This document shows positions 1 through 22,638 of a stretch of 64,000 nucleotides of DNA, one piece after another. The DNA is from Balanoglossus misakiensis. Taxonomy: Eukaryota; Animalia; Hemichordata. The position numbers and the translations under genes were made by a program. Where the stretch lies: assembly GCA_040954595.2 (NCBI GenBank), contig CM082583.2, forward strand, positions 6,198,849 through 6,262,848. Reading direction: 5' to 3'. A model generated the notes under the pieces. The model saw only the letters and a program-made list of their open reading frames with translations. It made no database searches and was not told the origin of the DNA. The stretch's first letter is position 1; each line of letters starts with the position of its first letter.

Positions 1-2313
1 CAGCAGAAAAAAATCCGAAGATGCACAGCTGCCTGACACTGTTGTTACGTGTATTGTAAAAGGCTGAATTGCGACTCAACGGAAAGAAGTGCGCATCGCT
101 GCGGAGTGTGGGAGATGAAGGACCGCGGCCGGTAAAACCGCTGTTTACTCCGGGAAATCTCATTGTACCTGTAAGTGGCAGATGTTGGGACTTATTAGGA
201 TTATTATTACTGTCTAGATGCAATTTGAGAGGTGTTTGGCGAGAGCCGCGGCGGATCCGGTGCGAGTTGTGACCGCTAATGCGTCGCTCAATGAGAGAGT
301 ATCGATTTGTGTTTGGGGAAATTGCCAGTGAGAAATAGCCGGCTAATGCAGTTACCGTTACTCGTCAATTAATCCCTTCACACTCTTCAAGCTCGGTGTA
401 TTGAGACTGCTGTGTGGAAGTAATCATTTTTGAATATAACTATGTTCTCGTTATCCTCGTCCTAGGCACGTTCTTTATCAATGGAGACAAATATTTGCAG
501 CCGCGTTTGCAGTCCGTCTGGCACAAAGCAATTGAGACCGCCTCCTATCTAACTGCGGCGTTTCAAAACATTGAAAAATAATTTCGAACGGGCGTGGCGA
601 TTAAAGAAAGCGCGAGATTACTCTACCTTTTAATTTGCGAATCGTAAAAGCACACCAGATTTTATCCTCCTGCTACAGAACAGTTTTATCTATAATTGGA
701 ATTTTCACGTATCATATTGGTACCACTTTAGGTCGACAATTCGAATGTTGTATAGTATTCGGATAAGGAGAACGTTGCGTAGATAAAAATGGATGTGAAC
801 GCGTTATAATGTATCGAGGTGATTGTTTTACACATGCGTGTTAATCTACGGTCCCCAACAAATATTTTGCGGTAATTTATGATGTCCTTTCGAGATGTGT
901 GCAGAAGTGAGGTGGGACTCCGGCCATCGGCGACCACTGGCCACATCCAAGTTGACAGGATTTGAAACTCCCGAGGAAAACAATATCGCACTTTTTTAAG
1001 TGCACTTCCATGTTTGACCTATGCGCAGAGGCTCTTTTCGATTGTGGGAGTCACTGATCAGATTTTGAAGAAAGGGGGAATCGTAAGTAGCTAATAAAAT
1101 GCGTCAGTCTTGCGGTTGTGTAGATTGGGAGAGTGTTACAGGAAATGGCGCCGTTTTATGTGATCGTTGACAAATCTGTGTGCAGCTACACACCTACAAG
1201 GTCAAGGACTGCAACTAATTAAATGAACAACTCTCGGGGAACAAAAACATACAGCAAAAATAAAGAAATCTGACAGATGAAGCCCAGGAATATGGGAGGT
1301 AATTAATTTTCACCCACTTCTGTCCCTGGGCCATCAAAAATCGACGGTACGCCATCAATATGCAAATTACCTAAAAGTAGTCGTACTTGAAAGCTTCCGG
1401 TGAAAGCATTTTCATGCGCAGCGAGTAATTCTGGCGCGACGTGAATAATGTTCGGTTGCCGTAATGTTGTAGGTGACCTTTCCAGTAGTTCCGAGATTCA
1501 AGTACAACAAAACGACAAAACGGATGTGACGTCAGACGACCTGAAATCGGAAGTCACGCGTGCAGCAAATGCAGTTTGTGGCACATCCTCAATAAATTGC
1601 GCACGCAAAATGTGTCTTCCAGGAGTAATTGTGAAAGATCTATATATTTATTGAGAGAGGTCGCAGCACACATAGCATAAAACGTACGCTTTAATTAGGT
1701 CTAAACTCGTCGAAATCATAGCGCACGCAAATCTGTCAACCTCGTTTGGTATACATGTAGTCTTGCCATCGGTGTCGACACAGTCAACACACACATTATT
1801 CAATTGACTTGAAAGAGATCGAGTTTGTCGTAAAGCCCAGGTGCGTTCGAACCGTTGGGCAACAGAATGTGCTCAATTAATCAGACTATTGCAAACTAAA
1901 ATATACATATATTCATTCTTGTTTTCCCACTGATGAAAACGAACGAGAGTGTCGTGTATAACGAGCGCATGTAGTCTGTCCGACCACACAATGCCGGACT
2001 GGAAACATTTTTCATGACAATGAATATTTGTTGCTGGTTTTTTTTTTACATTTGACAAAGAGGTATCATATACTGTTGAGAAAATGACGTCACTCACGAG
2101 CAGTGACGGAAAAGCGAAGAATACTGACGGCATTTGAGCATTCTGTTGATTTAGAGAGGAGTGAGCGTCTCATGAGATTAGAGTTTTATTAACTCCAGCG
2201 TCAGTATATTGTATTATACGCATGATTAGGTTGGTTTACCGAATGCACTTGTCCGTTCAAGTTCATCGCACACACAAGTCCCGTCATGAAATGTAGGATT
2301 GGATACGTTGTAC

Positions 2314-2494
2314 GGGTATACAGTCACCTCCCATATGCCCATGTGTACAATCACGTCTCATTTACATAAACTAGAACTACCGTGTGTTGGCGCACTTTAT
2401 TTCGCGTGGCCACCCAAGTGAAAATATGTGACTGGCTTGGTCTACTCTTTCCATGGTAACTGTGGTTAGCTTTGCACTGACTGTATACCTTTAA
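2314..2494. mobile_element. ~180 bp MITE with GGTATACAGTCA...TGACTGTATACC terminal inverted repeats, ending CCTTTAA (Kolobok-like non-autonomous DNA transposon)
   Basis: Left end gggtatacagtcacctc, right end tgactgtatacctttaa. A second diverged copy lies at 3341-3531 in the opposite orientation (internal ttccatggtaactgtg vs tacagttaccatggc). Superfamily inferred only from TTAA plus AGG/CCT termini. Confidence 0.7.
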
Positions 2495-3340
2495 GCGAGA
2501 CCGCGCCTCTGTACATTATAGTGAAGACTTAACAGGAATAAAATCAAAAGTGACGTCATAACCTTGACGGTCAAGTATGAAGGTCATCACTAATGCAAGA
2601 TTCAAGCCGACTAAACCTTGGCCCCAAACAGCACAAGATAAAAATCCGCTTCCGTTCTCGTTTGGAAGGACGAGTTCCGTTTACCTCTCTGACCTTACAA
2701 ATATGCAAAAAAGCACTTGCATCCGTGAAATTCGCGCAGTCAGCAAGTAAGTAGGAAACGCGGCCAACCTGGAAAATACTACTCCAATTTTCAGCATGAT
2801 TTCCAGCATTTATGCGTGCCTTATTGACCATCACATTGCCCTCCACAGAAAATGTCGGTACAGAGAGAGAAATAAACCTTCCAATGTAGTGCTAAACCCC
2901 ATGACAAATTTCATAGCGCGGTGGTGATTCTCAATTTATCGTGCTCGTTGCCCCTGATGAATGAGATTGGGTCGACCGCCAAGAATTAATTGATAGCCGG
3001 GAAAAAGGCATGCCAGCGTAAAATAAACCGCTCTCGTCAAATACATTTAGATGGACACGGTCCTGCATTCACTGATGAAAAGATGTTCGGGGGAACTTTT
3101 TGATTAAGATAAAGATGTTTGATGATTGTCGCCTTGCCATTTGAACTATTCGCCACGAATAGTGGCATGGATCATAAAGACATGGGATACGATTAAGTCA
3201 AGTTACGATTAAGAGAAGAGTTTCGAAAGAAAACCTTATCATTAGACAATCAATTAAGCAGAAAAATTATTTACAAAATGTTTCCTTACTCAGAGTCAAC
3301 TCAATACGAGTAGTTTGTTCACAAATCAAAACTTGGTTAT

Positions 3341-3531
3341 AGGTATACGGTCACCTATGGAAATATAGCTACAGTTACCATGGCAAAATGAGATCTAGCC
3401 AATCACAGATTTTCAGTGGGTGGCACACGCGAAAAAAAAAGAGCGCCACCATATGTTCTTTAGAACTCTCAAATACGTCATTTCAGCCATATATGGGCGT
3501 ATGTAAATTGGAGGTGACTGTATACCTTTAA
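3341..3531. mobile_element. Second copy of the same MITE family, inverted relative to the first
   Basis: aggtatacggtcacc ... ggtgactgtatacctttaa; internal blocks are reverse complements of blocks in 2314-2494. Confidence 0.7.
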
Positions 3532-6396
3532 GAAGTCACGTGGGTGGAACGCTGACGCTTGCAAGAACTACATCTAGATGCATCTGAGCTTTTTCCAGAC
3601 GCTCTTTCAGGAGAGCAAAAGCCGATAGAGAATAGCCCAGTGCATGTTTTCTGTAGACAGCAGTGGCGAAAGCAAGGCAGCTGATTGCTTTTCTACGGAC
3701 ACTAAGTGAAGTGGCGCGTCCTCCGCATTGAGATCTTTATCTACCGCTTGCATGCTATTAAGGTTCGGCGCACGAGCCTCGACCCGGCGTTGCGCTGCCT
3801 AACGAAGCGGCTACATTAATCCAAATTGTCTTCTCGCTGGTCGATTTTCAAGGAAATTGGTTTTATTCTGCAATTTCCAATATATATCTCTACATCGCGG
3901 TCGAAGGTTGTTTATCGTGCCGTCGACGCAAGTCAAAAGTTCGCAGGGCATTTTCTGTACAAAGCTTGTTCGGATTTAGCCCGGGAACTTAATGAACTTG
4001 AACTTGGGTTATCTGATTAATAGATCCATCAAATTGATTGGTGATATAGTTGATTCTGACAGCACAGCACACGCTGCTCCGATATTAGTCCGTGACGTCT
4101 TTGTTAACTGCTCCTTTTTTCTCTCAAACTATAGGCCTATATTTTTTTGTGAAATGAGACAGGAACCGTCATTGCTCATTTGACGGGTGTCGATCTCCCA
4201 AAAATCGCCCCCCCCCCCCCCACTAACTTGACTAAACGCTACAAAACGTGTTTTAAACCACAGCAAAATTCAACCCCGAAAAAATCACACGAATATGTTA
4301 GTCCTAATCTAGTGTGCCTGTGCTAGTAGCGCCACGGCAACTGTCGCGCCCATGTCTTTCCCGGCCTTACATGTACGTATCAAGCATAGGAAGCCATGTT
4401 GGCGCTTCGCCGGGCAACTCGACGGTCCTCCGAAGCCCCCGGTGTGTGGCCGCGTCGGTCTTGTTCTTCGCCGTGCTCCCACTTCGGCGCAGTCGCTGTG
4501 AAGGGCGGCGAGGAAGCGATTCTGGAGAGACGAGATAATGAAGCTGGTAATTGACTACAGATGTCCGCCTCGGTCCCCCGCAACCAGTAATTAGGAGAAA
4601 AAACGTAAACCGTATATCGATTCGATACGGAATTAAATTCACATCAGTCCTTTTGCGGTTGGATAAAGTCACAAACATTTCAATTTTTTTATCGATTTCT
4701 AAAATTTTAAGGAGGGGTATTGTTTCGTATTTAAACAAAAATAATATATATGCATGTCTCTAAAGGAATGGCGTTTGGCTTTCTCGTTTTGGCGCGCCAT
4801 TTCGATTAATACAAGTAGGCTAATGTAACACATACGTGTAACCTCAAAGATTATGTACGACACAATTTGCGCACTGAAATATCGATCGCGGCATTTATAC
4901 CGGCGCGCCATGGTGATAAAAGTTCAAATATTGATTTTGGTGCCATTTTTTCAATTAGGACAAAATCATATAATGTTCACAGTCGTTGAACGGATCTTTG
5001 ACAAAAATCATCACGCGTTCACACATGTTCAACCCTTACTCCTTAAATCAGGGTTTTATTAAACGTCAGCTGGAGAAGAATGTAAAGTAACGCACGTATT
5101 CTCCATTTCTGGTAGCGATTTGCATGTATGTATGTATGTCTAGTATTTGACATTTAAAAAAAGACGAACAAATTGATAATCCTTACACATTGTCAAATAG
5201 GAAAGTAGAAGAAAGACACACCGAATTGAGATTTGGTGATCATCTTAAAATCCGGAAAACGAACGTTACTTAGGGAAAGCCAGGCAATTTTTCACCATTT
5301 ACCTCGATATACATCAAGCGTTACTCATTCCGTCTTGATAGATGGCTGTTGACGTACCGTGCCAAGCGTACGAAAGATAGACGATATGATGGAACGTCTA
5401 TTCACACCTCCTTTGCAAGTGTAAGACTTCCTTATCAAGTTAGCCTGGGTGCTATGGTGTTGTTGTTTTTTTACAATAATAGACATTTTGTCCTGTCGTC
5501 AGATTTTACGGTTCAATCATTGTGACCAATTTCCCTCGCCGCGCTAGGAAAATACGAGACACTTGGGATAGCGATGCAACTCCCCCCCCCCCCCTCTCCG
5601 CGCCACATGAACGGCATTCAGTGGTTGCAAATCTATGAAGATGCTAACAGAGAGCGTGGTAATGGACTCACTTGATTGGCATTCTAAATAGAAAGAATGA
5701 TAAAAAGGGAAACTCGCTGCCGTCTAGCACACGTGCGTCGTTATCGCCAACTTGGGATGTTGTGGAATAGACGCGCAATTAAGCGCCACTTTATCATCGC
5801 GGCCACTTGTGCCAAGTCCCTGTCGACACCCATGTGACTCGATTCCGTCGCTCGAGTAATCCGGATCCAACTCGAAACCACTTAAAGAGTCTGGAACGCC
5901 GTGAGATTTCACGTTTAATTTCGACCTATCGTTATTACAATAAAAGTTAATTATCCAATTAAAGGAATCCGGTGCTTAAGTATCTCTTCTCGCGTGTGAC
6001 AGCACTTTCAAAGCGTGCGGGAATTTGGGGGGTTATTACGCATGTGCAGATAATTCGTCGTCAAATGATAGATCTGCACGGGGAGTGTGCAGTAACGCGA
6101 CTATATTTTTTGTCTCAGAGCGCTTTCTGTACATCTCGGTTCGTCGGGGCTGAGCTAGTGACATGTGAAAGCTTATCTTTGATCCAATAGGCGCGAACAG
6201 TATAATGCGGTCATTTCTGGAGGAGAGAAGAGAGAAAAAAACGTTACAAACCCTCTCTGAACTGTTGTGGAATCCGCATCTATTTGTTATGGATTAGTCG
6301 CATTCTTCTGGACGAGATGTTATAAGCGTGATGGGCGCACGCCGCTTCCGTTGTTGAATTCGCCACCGCCGTGATACGTATACGTACGCTACAGTG

Positions 6397-7524
6397 ATGT
6401 ACAACGACACGGGCTATAATTACTCCGGCGGCACCGAGTGGCTGGACGAGGTGTTCTTCCCGATATGTTCCACCGTCATCTGCGTCACCGGCATGCTCGG
6501 AAACGGCTTTGTGATCTTCATGCTGCTCTACTACACCGGCCTGCGAACGGTGCCCAATGTGTACATATTCAATCTGGCGCTGGCGGACTTGCTCTTCCTC
6601 TGCAGCCTGCCCTTCATAACCTACTACTACTACGTCGGCTCGTGGATCTTCGGCAAGATTGTGTGCAAGGCCGTCATGGGCATCGACGGCATGAACATGT
6701 TCACCGGGATTTTTATTCTGACCGCCATGAGCATCGACCGCTACATGGCCATCGTCCACGGCATACGCTCTATGAAGTACCGGACAGTGAAGGCGGCCAA
6801 GATCATCAACTGCACCCTGTGGCTACTGTCCATTCTGGTGACTTTGCCCGTTTGGATCTATTCAGACGAGCACGAGCCCGGGGTTTGTGATATCAAATGG
6901 CCCGATCATATCAACGGTGCGTGGTTCATAATTTATACATTTGTGATTGGCTTTCTCCTGCCAGTCGTCATAATATCAGGTTGTTACATTTTCATCCTCT
7001 GCCACGTCATCCACTCGGGACCCAAGTCCGAGAACAACCGAAAGTCGTCGTCAGCTTCTCGGAAAGTGTTCGTCATGGTGACCTTGGCGGTGGCGGCGTT
7101 CGCCGTGTGTTGGCTCCCCTTCTATGTGACGCGGCTCCTTTATAAAGTGTTCCACTACTACAGCGACCTTCTGAGACCCTTCTTCGTCATCACGCTGAGT
7201 CTGGGCTATGCCAACAGCGCTCTCAACCCCCTCATCTACACCTACACCGGCGGCAATTTCAGAAGAAATCTGGCCAAGATGAGGAAACGGTCGGGCAGTC
7301 GCAAGAGCTCGTTCAGGACATCCGATCGACGGACCACAATAAGACGAGGGGTGGTCGACGCCAAGCACAAGGAAAGGGGCCACAAAAACTGGCGCACAAA
7401 ACGCCGATATCGGCTCCATCGCGATGACACGCTGCATGGAGATTCTGAGACTACCTACACAACTTGCGTTGTCGTTCCTAACAATTCACGCGAGGTTATC
7501 AGCGAACTTGTTTCAGTGATTTAA
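6397..7524 (+). CDS. Intronless class A GPCR, somatostatin receptor / allatostatin-C receptor-like (375 aa)
   Basis: ATG at 6397 (ORF track starts at upstream GTG 6394). Seven hydrophobic helices; GN in TM1, NVYIFNLALADLLF in TM2, CKAVMGIDGMNMFTGIFILTAMSIDRY in TM3 with the Asp typical of SSTR/opioid receptors, CWLPFY in TM6, GYANSALNPLIY in TM7; N-terminal N-glycosylation sequons NDT and NYS. Confidence 0.9.
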   Translation: MYNDTGYNYSGGTEWLDEVFFPICSTVICVTGMLGNGFVIFMLLYYTGLRTVPNVYIFNLALADLLFLCSLPFITYYYYVGSWIFGKIVCKAVMGIDGMNMFTGIFILTAMSIDRYMAIVHGIRSMKYRTVKAAKIINCTLWLLSILVTLPVWIYSDEHEPGVCDIKWPDHINGAWFIIYTFVIGFLLPVVIISGCYIFILCHVIHSGPKSENNRKSSSASRKVFVMVTLAVAAFAVCWLPFYVTRLLYKVFHYYSDLLRPFFVITLSLGYANSALNPLIYTYTGGNFRRNLAKMRKRSGSRKSSFRTSDRRTTIRRGVVDAKHKERGHKNWRTKRRYRLHRDDTLHGDSETTYTTCVVVPNNSREVISELVSVI

Positions 7525-10500
7525 AGCCCCAATAGCTGCCACTTCTACCATGTTAATTGTTAATCGACAAAATACTTCAATCTTATCATTTGTCGACAAA
7601 TAACTTAGCTATGTGGAGATTCTAACACCCTTATGCGAATACCACGACGGCTGAATAAACGAGTGTGGCACCCGTTTATTATTTAACTTGTTCGTATTTA
7701 CGTGTACAGCCACAATCAGAAGGTGACAATATGTTTGTGCATACGCATCAGTCGGTTCACTTGAATGAACCATTCTAAGTTCGAAAGTAAAATCGTGAAA
7801 AAAAAATTCAAAAATTGGCAGCTATATTCGGGCTTTAATCGTGATCAGCGCTATTAAACCGGATTACGATTAATATAAACCAAATGATTTTGTTAGTTTG
7901 CCTTCGATAATATAAGAGGTTCCACGCCAAGCTGAGTAGATAACGCTGAAGTTCTTTGAGTAACTAATACGTCACTAAATTCGCGTGAACACTTGATGCG
8001 ACAGATCACCTTACATTAATAATGTACAATAGAGGTTTGTAATCTTGAGTTTCAATTGCAATCGTTCTTAGATAATCACATTTTATTCACAAACCGATGT
8101 TCGCCAGCAATATTTTATACCCTCTTTTACGGGGGTTTTATGATGCTTCCGTCGCTAGGCAACAGGTAGCGCCACGCAAGTGCGTGTCGATTCCCACATA
8201 AAATAACAATTTGTTGATCGGAGCGCGGGCTTAGTCTTGCTAATAAGCGAGCCGGGGCAGATCCGTTCAATTAAGTCTGAGAGCATGTCTTCGAAAATAA
8301 CGCTATCAATCCCTGAACAATGGTCGGGGATTTTGTGCACGTCGCCGCACGAATCACAAGCCCCCGCGGTTGTAATCTTCAATTAGTAACTCTTTGGAGC
8401 TTTTCTGCGGCAACCTGTTTCTGACGAAGGCGGCACGGGGGCAGCTGACACCGGCAACACAAGCTCAATTCATCCCGTATCAATTATTAACAATGCAAGG
8501 TGGATCAACAACCGTCTTCATATCACCGAACATATGTCCGATTTCAACCTCGCATCAACGATCAAAAGAATTATTATTTTGTTTTTAATCAACGCGTCAA
8601 GCTCACAATGGTGTTCTTATACTTAGAAGAATTGGCACGACGCTTAAGAGGATATATATACCGGGTTTTATATTACCGTGGTTATGCCCTTCATTGTATG
8701 TGGAAAGATTGGATCAATAGTATTACATCTCTGGCAGACTCTGCATTTTAGGAGATTTTTTTCAAATTTAGTATTTCAATTTATTGAGTTCGTTATTAAT
8801 ATGAAGGTCGCTGTATCTATATGAAAACAAGTGTAAAGGCAATTATCTCTATGTCTGTAATAAATGAACACATTTTTATATGTACGTTGCAACCATCAAT
8901 GCACGGTCGAGGGGTATACTGTTATTCAAGGGTTATTTAGTTACTTCTAGCTTTGTTCACTGTGCTGTATGTTAATAATGCATATTTTCCAAAACAGACG
9001 ACCTTATTGGAATAAACGATGTCTTAGTAGTGTTTCGGAATTCAAGACTGAACGTTTATATTGGTCGTTCCAAGATTTGTAAACACACTACATGCTACGT
9101 GTATTTTTCGGGGTAGAGATGTTTGATTTAACTGCAGGGGATAGAAATGTCGACCCTTTGCCGCCATTGTTTTTTCGGGGGAGTGACTGCCTGCGTAGAT
9201 CACAATTAAGGCAGCGCGCAGCAGTGCGAATTAGATGTTATGGGAGGTCGGCGTTGTTCGATTTCCTCCAGGTTCTTTCATCGATCATCCTGGGACGTGC
9301 CGGCGGCGGTCAATTTTCACGGCGTAAGGAAGTCTCGACTCATCCGCAAATGTTTAACGAGCGTGCAGGTATAAAGCAAACCCTGTGATGGATGTTATTA
9401 CTTGAGTCAACTCATTTCGGTAAGCCCGCCAAATGGACTCAACTCGTTCATTTCCGAACCAGACCCTCGAAGTTTGCCCTCTCAAGAACTATCTATCTCG
9501 TCCGCACTTGACAAGCAATTTGCCCTTCGAAATCCATTTTCAAGTGCCCGCCTCCCAACCGCTCTTTTTGCTCCGGTGGCTCAGCCAAGTTAAGCTGATA
9601 AGATGGGTTGTGTGCTATTACGTGGCCCGGTTTCACCCAGACGGAGACCTTATCGACTTATGCACATAAAATGGACAGACTTCGCCAGATAAGATCGCGA
9701 TTGCTCAGACTCGCTTTCGTTAATTCGCTGGCCGCATAGGGCTCATTCAAATGAGTCAGTGCAAAGCTATGAATGGCCTTTTCTGAAAGTTTTCTTACGT
9801 GGAAGAGAATGAGGCCTGTTTGTTCAAGTTCCCTGTATATATATACATGTACACGTTTATCTATATACGACGTGCTATGAATCTGTAAGAAGCATGGAAT
9901 ATCCGAGCACACCGCTACCTGCTTTTGCTACTGAGTAATGCGAGCTGATTAGATTGGCGCGTAGAGATTTTTTTTACCAATTCGCGAGAATTTTTTATCG
10001 ATTCACGTAAATATCGAACCTCTTGCACAGTTTATGCCGTTCTCTTGCTGGGTTTGCCATCAAGCTGCCCCCTTTAAGTCGGTAGGAAAACGAACTAAAA
10101 TGCCTAAAACAGACCTGCCCGGGAGTGCACACGTCGACTGGAACGAAGTCAAGCGATTACTGGTGTTCCATCTCGCCTCTGACCTCCAAGGGTCAAAATC
10201 GTGGAGTCCTGCGGGCAAATACCCTCTTAAGATGCGACCTTTTTTACAGAGCTGCGTGCGAGTATTACGAAATCGCCCAGACAATTCTGCCGGCACAGAT
10301 GGTTGCTGTTACGCCATATACTCTTGCCTCTTTCTTTCGCCACATTAATTTTGGAACGGATTTTTAGGACATTTGCTCGCTCATAATGCCTACATAACCT
10401 TATCTGAGACTGAAGACCAGTTATTTGATTGTTCAATCGAGGGAATACCTTGCTCAGAACTGTAACTACAATACCATCTTCTTCAAGTTCCAATTAGTGC

Positions 10501-13500
10501 AGGTCTGCACAATCACTCCTGCGAGAAAACACAACGGTGTTTTAGAGCAAAGTTAATCGCCTGGTATCCACCGAGACCTGGCTTCACCATGTAAATGTAT
10601 TTACCGGGCAACTTACAGCTCAAAGCCTGCAAACGACAATAAATCCATGACACATTTTTTGTTTGCTTGTAATCATACCGCTGTCGTCACGGACCATCGG
10701 GCTTTCTAAAACAACGATAACGCATATCAAAAAGATGGTTAAACATATCATTTCTATTCAAATTGCTCTTTAATGATTTAAGCAAAAGTTTTAAGAGAAG
10801 CATAAATCACGTTTAATTGCGTTTTTCATCTTGGTGTTTGTTATTTCCATTGCTGTTGGATGTCAAGCGCTATCTTTGAAGATTTATTGTGTCACACGGG
10901 CGGCGTATTGATTGTGGTATAGGTAGATGCCTGCTGCACATATGTTATATCCCGGCCTCGGCCCAGTAAATCTCTGGAAAATTCAATTACAAATTGCTTT
11001 CAAGGAAACCTTTTTCCGGGAGCAGAATCGTATAATGAATGATAGTCCGGATATGGCCTGACGGGTATCGTCTTCTGTGAATCTCCAGCGGACGTGATAT
11101 ATGGCGTTGACGATATTAAATATTGCTCAACAGAACGGTACAATAGATCTATACCAAACCAGGAATAATGGGTGGTAGCTATAGCTGCCTTCAACTGTCA
11201 GTGATGGGTGACGACAAAATAACTGCTGTGTGTAAAAAGTCAGGGAGATAAAATGTGGTCAGACAGAAACTTGCTCGTCGATTTCGGTTTATTTTTCAGC
11301 TCATAAGGAGATTAATTATCATAACCTGGGTAACCCTTTTCTTTACTTTACTTTAGAAAATGACATAGCAAGTTAAAACCAGATTAATCTATATTAAGAG
11401 TCCCATTTTACGTTTCGCTTCATTTGATGACGCTGGTTAGTTTGAACGTCGGATTGAAGTACATGTGCGGAGAAATGCCGAACACTGTGAATGTGACGTC
11501 ATGTGACGTCTTTGATGGAAAGTACTGATTGTCTTCGGCTTCTGCATATATGACATCCATACGCAAAGTACGAGATTATACATAGTGTTTTAAGGCAATA
11601 ATTCGTTTCGCTTGATCGTATCAGTGAGTCTTGGCTAGAGTCTACTCTACGGATATCCGTGACAATGATGTTTGTCTTTCAATATCACACAAAAACAGCG
11701 GGTGAATGTTTGAAGGATTCGCTTCAGCAAAATAGTAATCGACTCAGAATTGACTTCATCATAGGAATGATTTTGTTTCGGTTCGGTTGTGCCCCCGCGC
11801 CAGCTAGCAGCTCTACATTCCACGTGAGACGTGTGTACGTCTGATAAGTATGCAAAGTCCGCGGCGGGTCGAAGTCAACCACGGTCATTGCGATCAATAA
11901 CAAATCGATCTCGCCTCGGCTTACCGGTTTCCACTAACCTATGTATACTTTGGAAACGAGACTTTTGGTACATATCTGTTATTTTGTTTTCTCCTATCGC
12001 ACTGGGTGGGAGTATTATCTTGGCTGCATGACACATATACATGATATATATGAATTGCAAGCTTTTCCTTCAAGACATTCAGATCATCCAACCACCATTG
12101 CATTCACTCATTCATTCAAGATCTTTTCATTTCAATGGGTGATATTTCAGAGGCATACTTTCAAAGGCGCAATGTCATAATTTTCAGAGAGCGATTGGCT
12201 TCGAGATAAATTCCACACACATAGATGTCGACGTCGGTTTTTTTGTTGTTGTTCGGCTGCTCCTGCTCCGTTCGAATCTCATTTGAATAAGTGACAGTGC
12301 GTTTCTATTAAACGTAGGGATTCAATTTGTTGGCCCGCAAAAGCCACCGCTCCAGTTCTATAAATATCTTAAATATACAGACTCCTTGCACATGTGGCCA
12401 CGTTTCCTTTTGGAAAAAAAAAACTCTGCACAGTCACCTTTCATTTGTGTCAATTTAATCGTGTTTTCACTTCCTGTCGTCTCTCTTTCAGATCAACTTT
12501 ATTGAATTTCCGCAGCATTGCTTAATTTGGGTAATGGCACCACTTCCAATAAGTACCTCGGGTGCGGTCACGGCGAAATTCAAAGTAATTTTGCGTATTT
12601 TTTATAAGTTCAAGACGTATATTTAATTTTTAGTTCGGAGAGCGGATATTGCGTTCATTTTGTGCAAAATTAATACGAAAGAATCTGTTTTGACTCAAAA
12701 ACCTGATCGCGCAGAACACGCTCATTTAAAATGAGGTTCATACTCTTTTTTAACTGCACGCTCGCATGCGATGGAATTACGATATGACTTATGAAAATAA
12801 GGATCTTATCCTAAAAAATTGCAACAAAAGGTTTCTCAATGGTTTTGCGTAGTATCAAAAATCCTTAATAACTGTTAAACGTCCAATAAACTCTGACAAC
12901 CAGAAATATATTTTTTTTTAGGTCACGGTGAAGACCAAGATGGCCGCCACAGTCATTTTCCTGATTTTAAATATATTGCCTATCAATGAATTTTAATTAT
13001 ACAAAAATAGAGAGAAGCCGGCTGTTGTGTTTAATTTCTGGACGTAAAAATCTGCGTTAACTGCACGTTAGCATGCGATGGATTGACAATGAAACGAAAT
13101 CAGTTCTCCATTGGCTCAGTACAGAGCGCCATCTACAGACTGGAGTTGAGCCACTTCTGTCGCAGTGCGCAAAATCACACAATTTCCATGTCTACCACGA
13201 CCAACAGCGGGCGTTTTCACTGACAGCCGCTGTGGAAAACTTCACACCAGTGGCAGCCCAAAACAGTTCGTGCAACTATTCACGAAACACAAAGTCGACA
13301 TTCTAACATATCATGTGTAAGCGATCGGTCAGATGACAAAAATAAAAGTCATGTTCCTGTTTCACGTATATGCTATCACTAATTATGTCTTCTTGGCCTC
13401 GCGCGACGAAACTTTCTTGGGTTTTAGCTTGGGGTAATTTCTGAGGACCAAAGTTCACTGATAACGCGTCATAAAATCACTGCCAAGACTGGCTCGTTCA

Positions 13501-13636
13501 AAAGGAGGGGCGGAGCGGCGAAGTTACTCTCCCCGCCCACACAGCGCGAGTCACACCTGTAGAAACGGTAGGTGACTGCGTTCTCCAGGGTGCGAGTTTT
13601 CGAGACCAAGTGATCGGCTAGAAAAAAGCGTCCGCG

Positions 13637-22638
<9,002 letters not shown>

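Noticed and set aside
4314-4738. Cluster of short ORFs in a GC-rich patch
   Set aside because: No recognisable domain or consistent exon structure; more likely regulatory or non-coding.
6280-7437. Antisense and alternate-frame ORFs overlapping the GPCR
   Set aside because: By-products of GC-rich codon usage in the real ORF; no recognisable domains.
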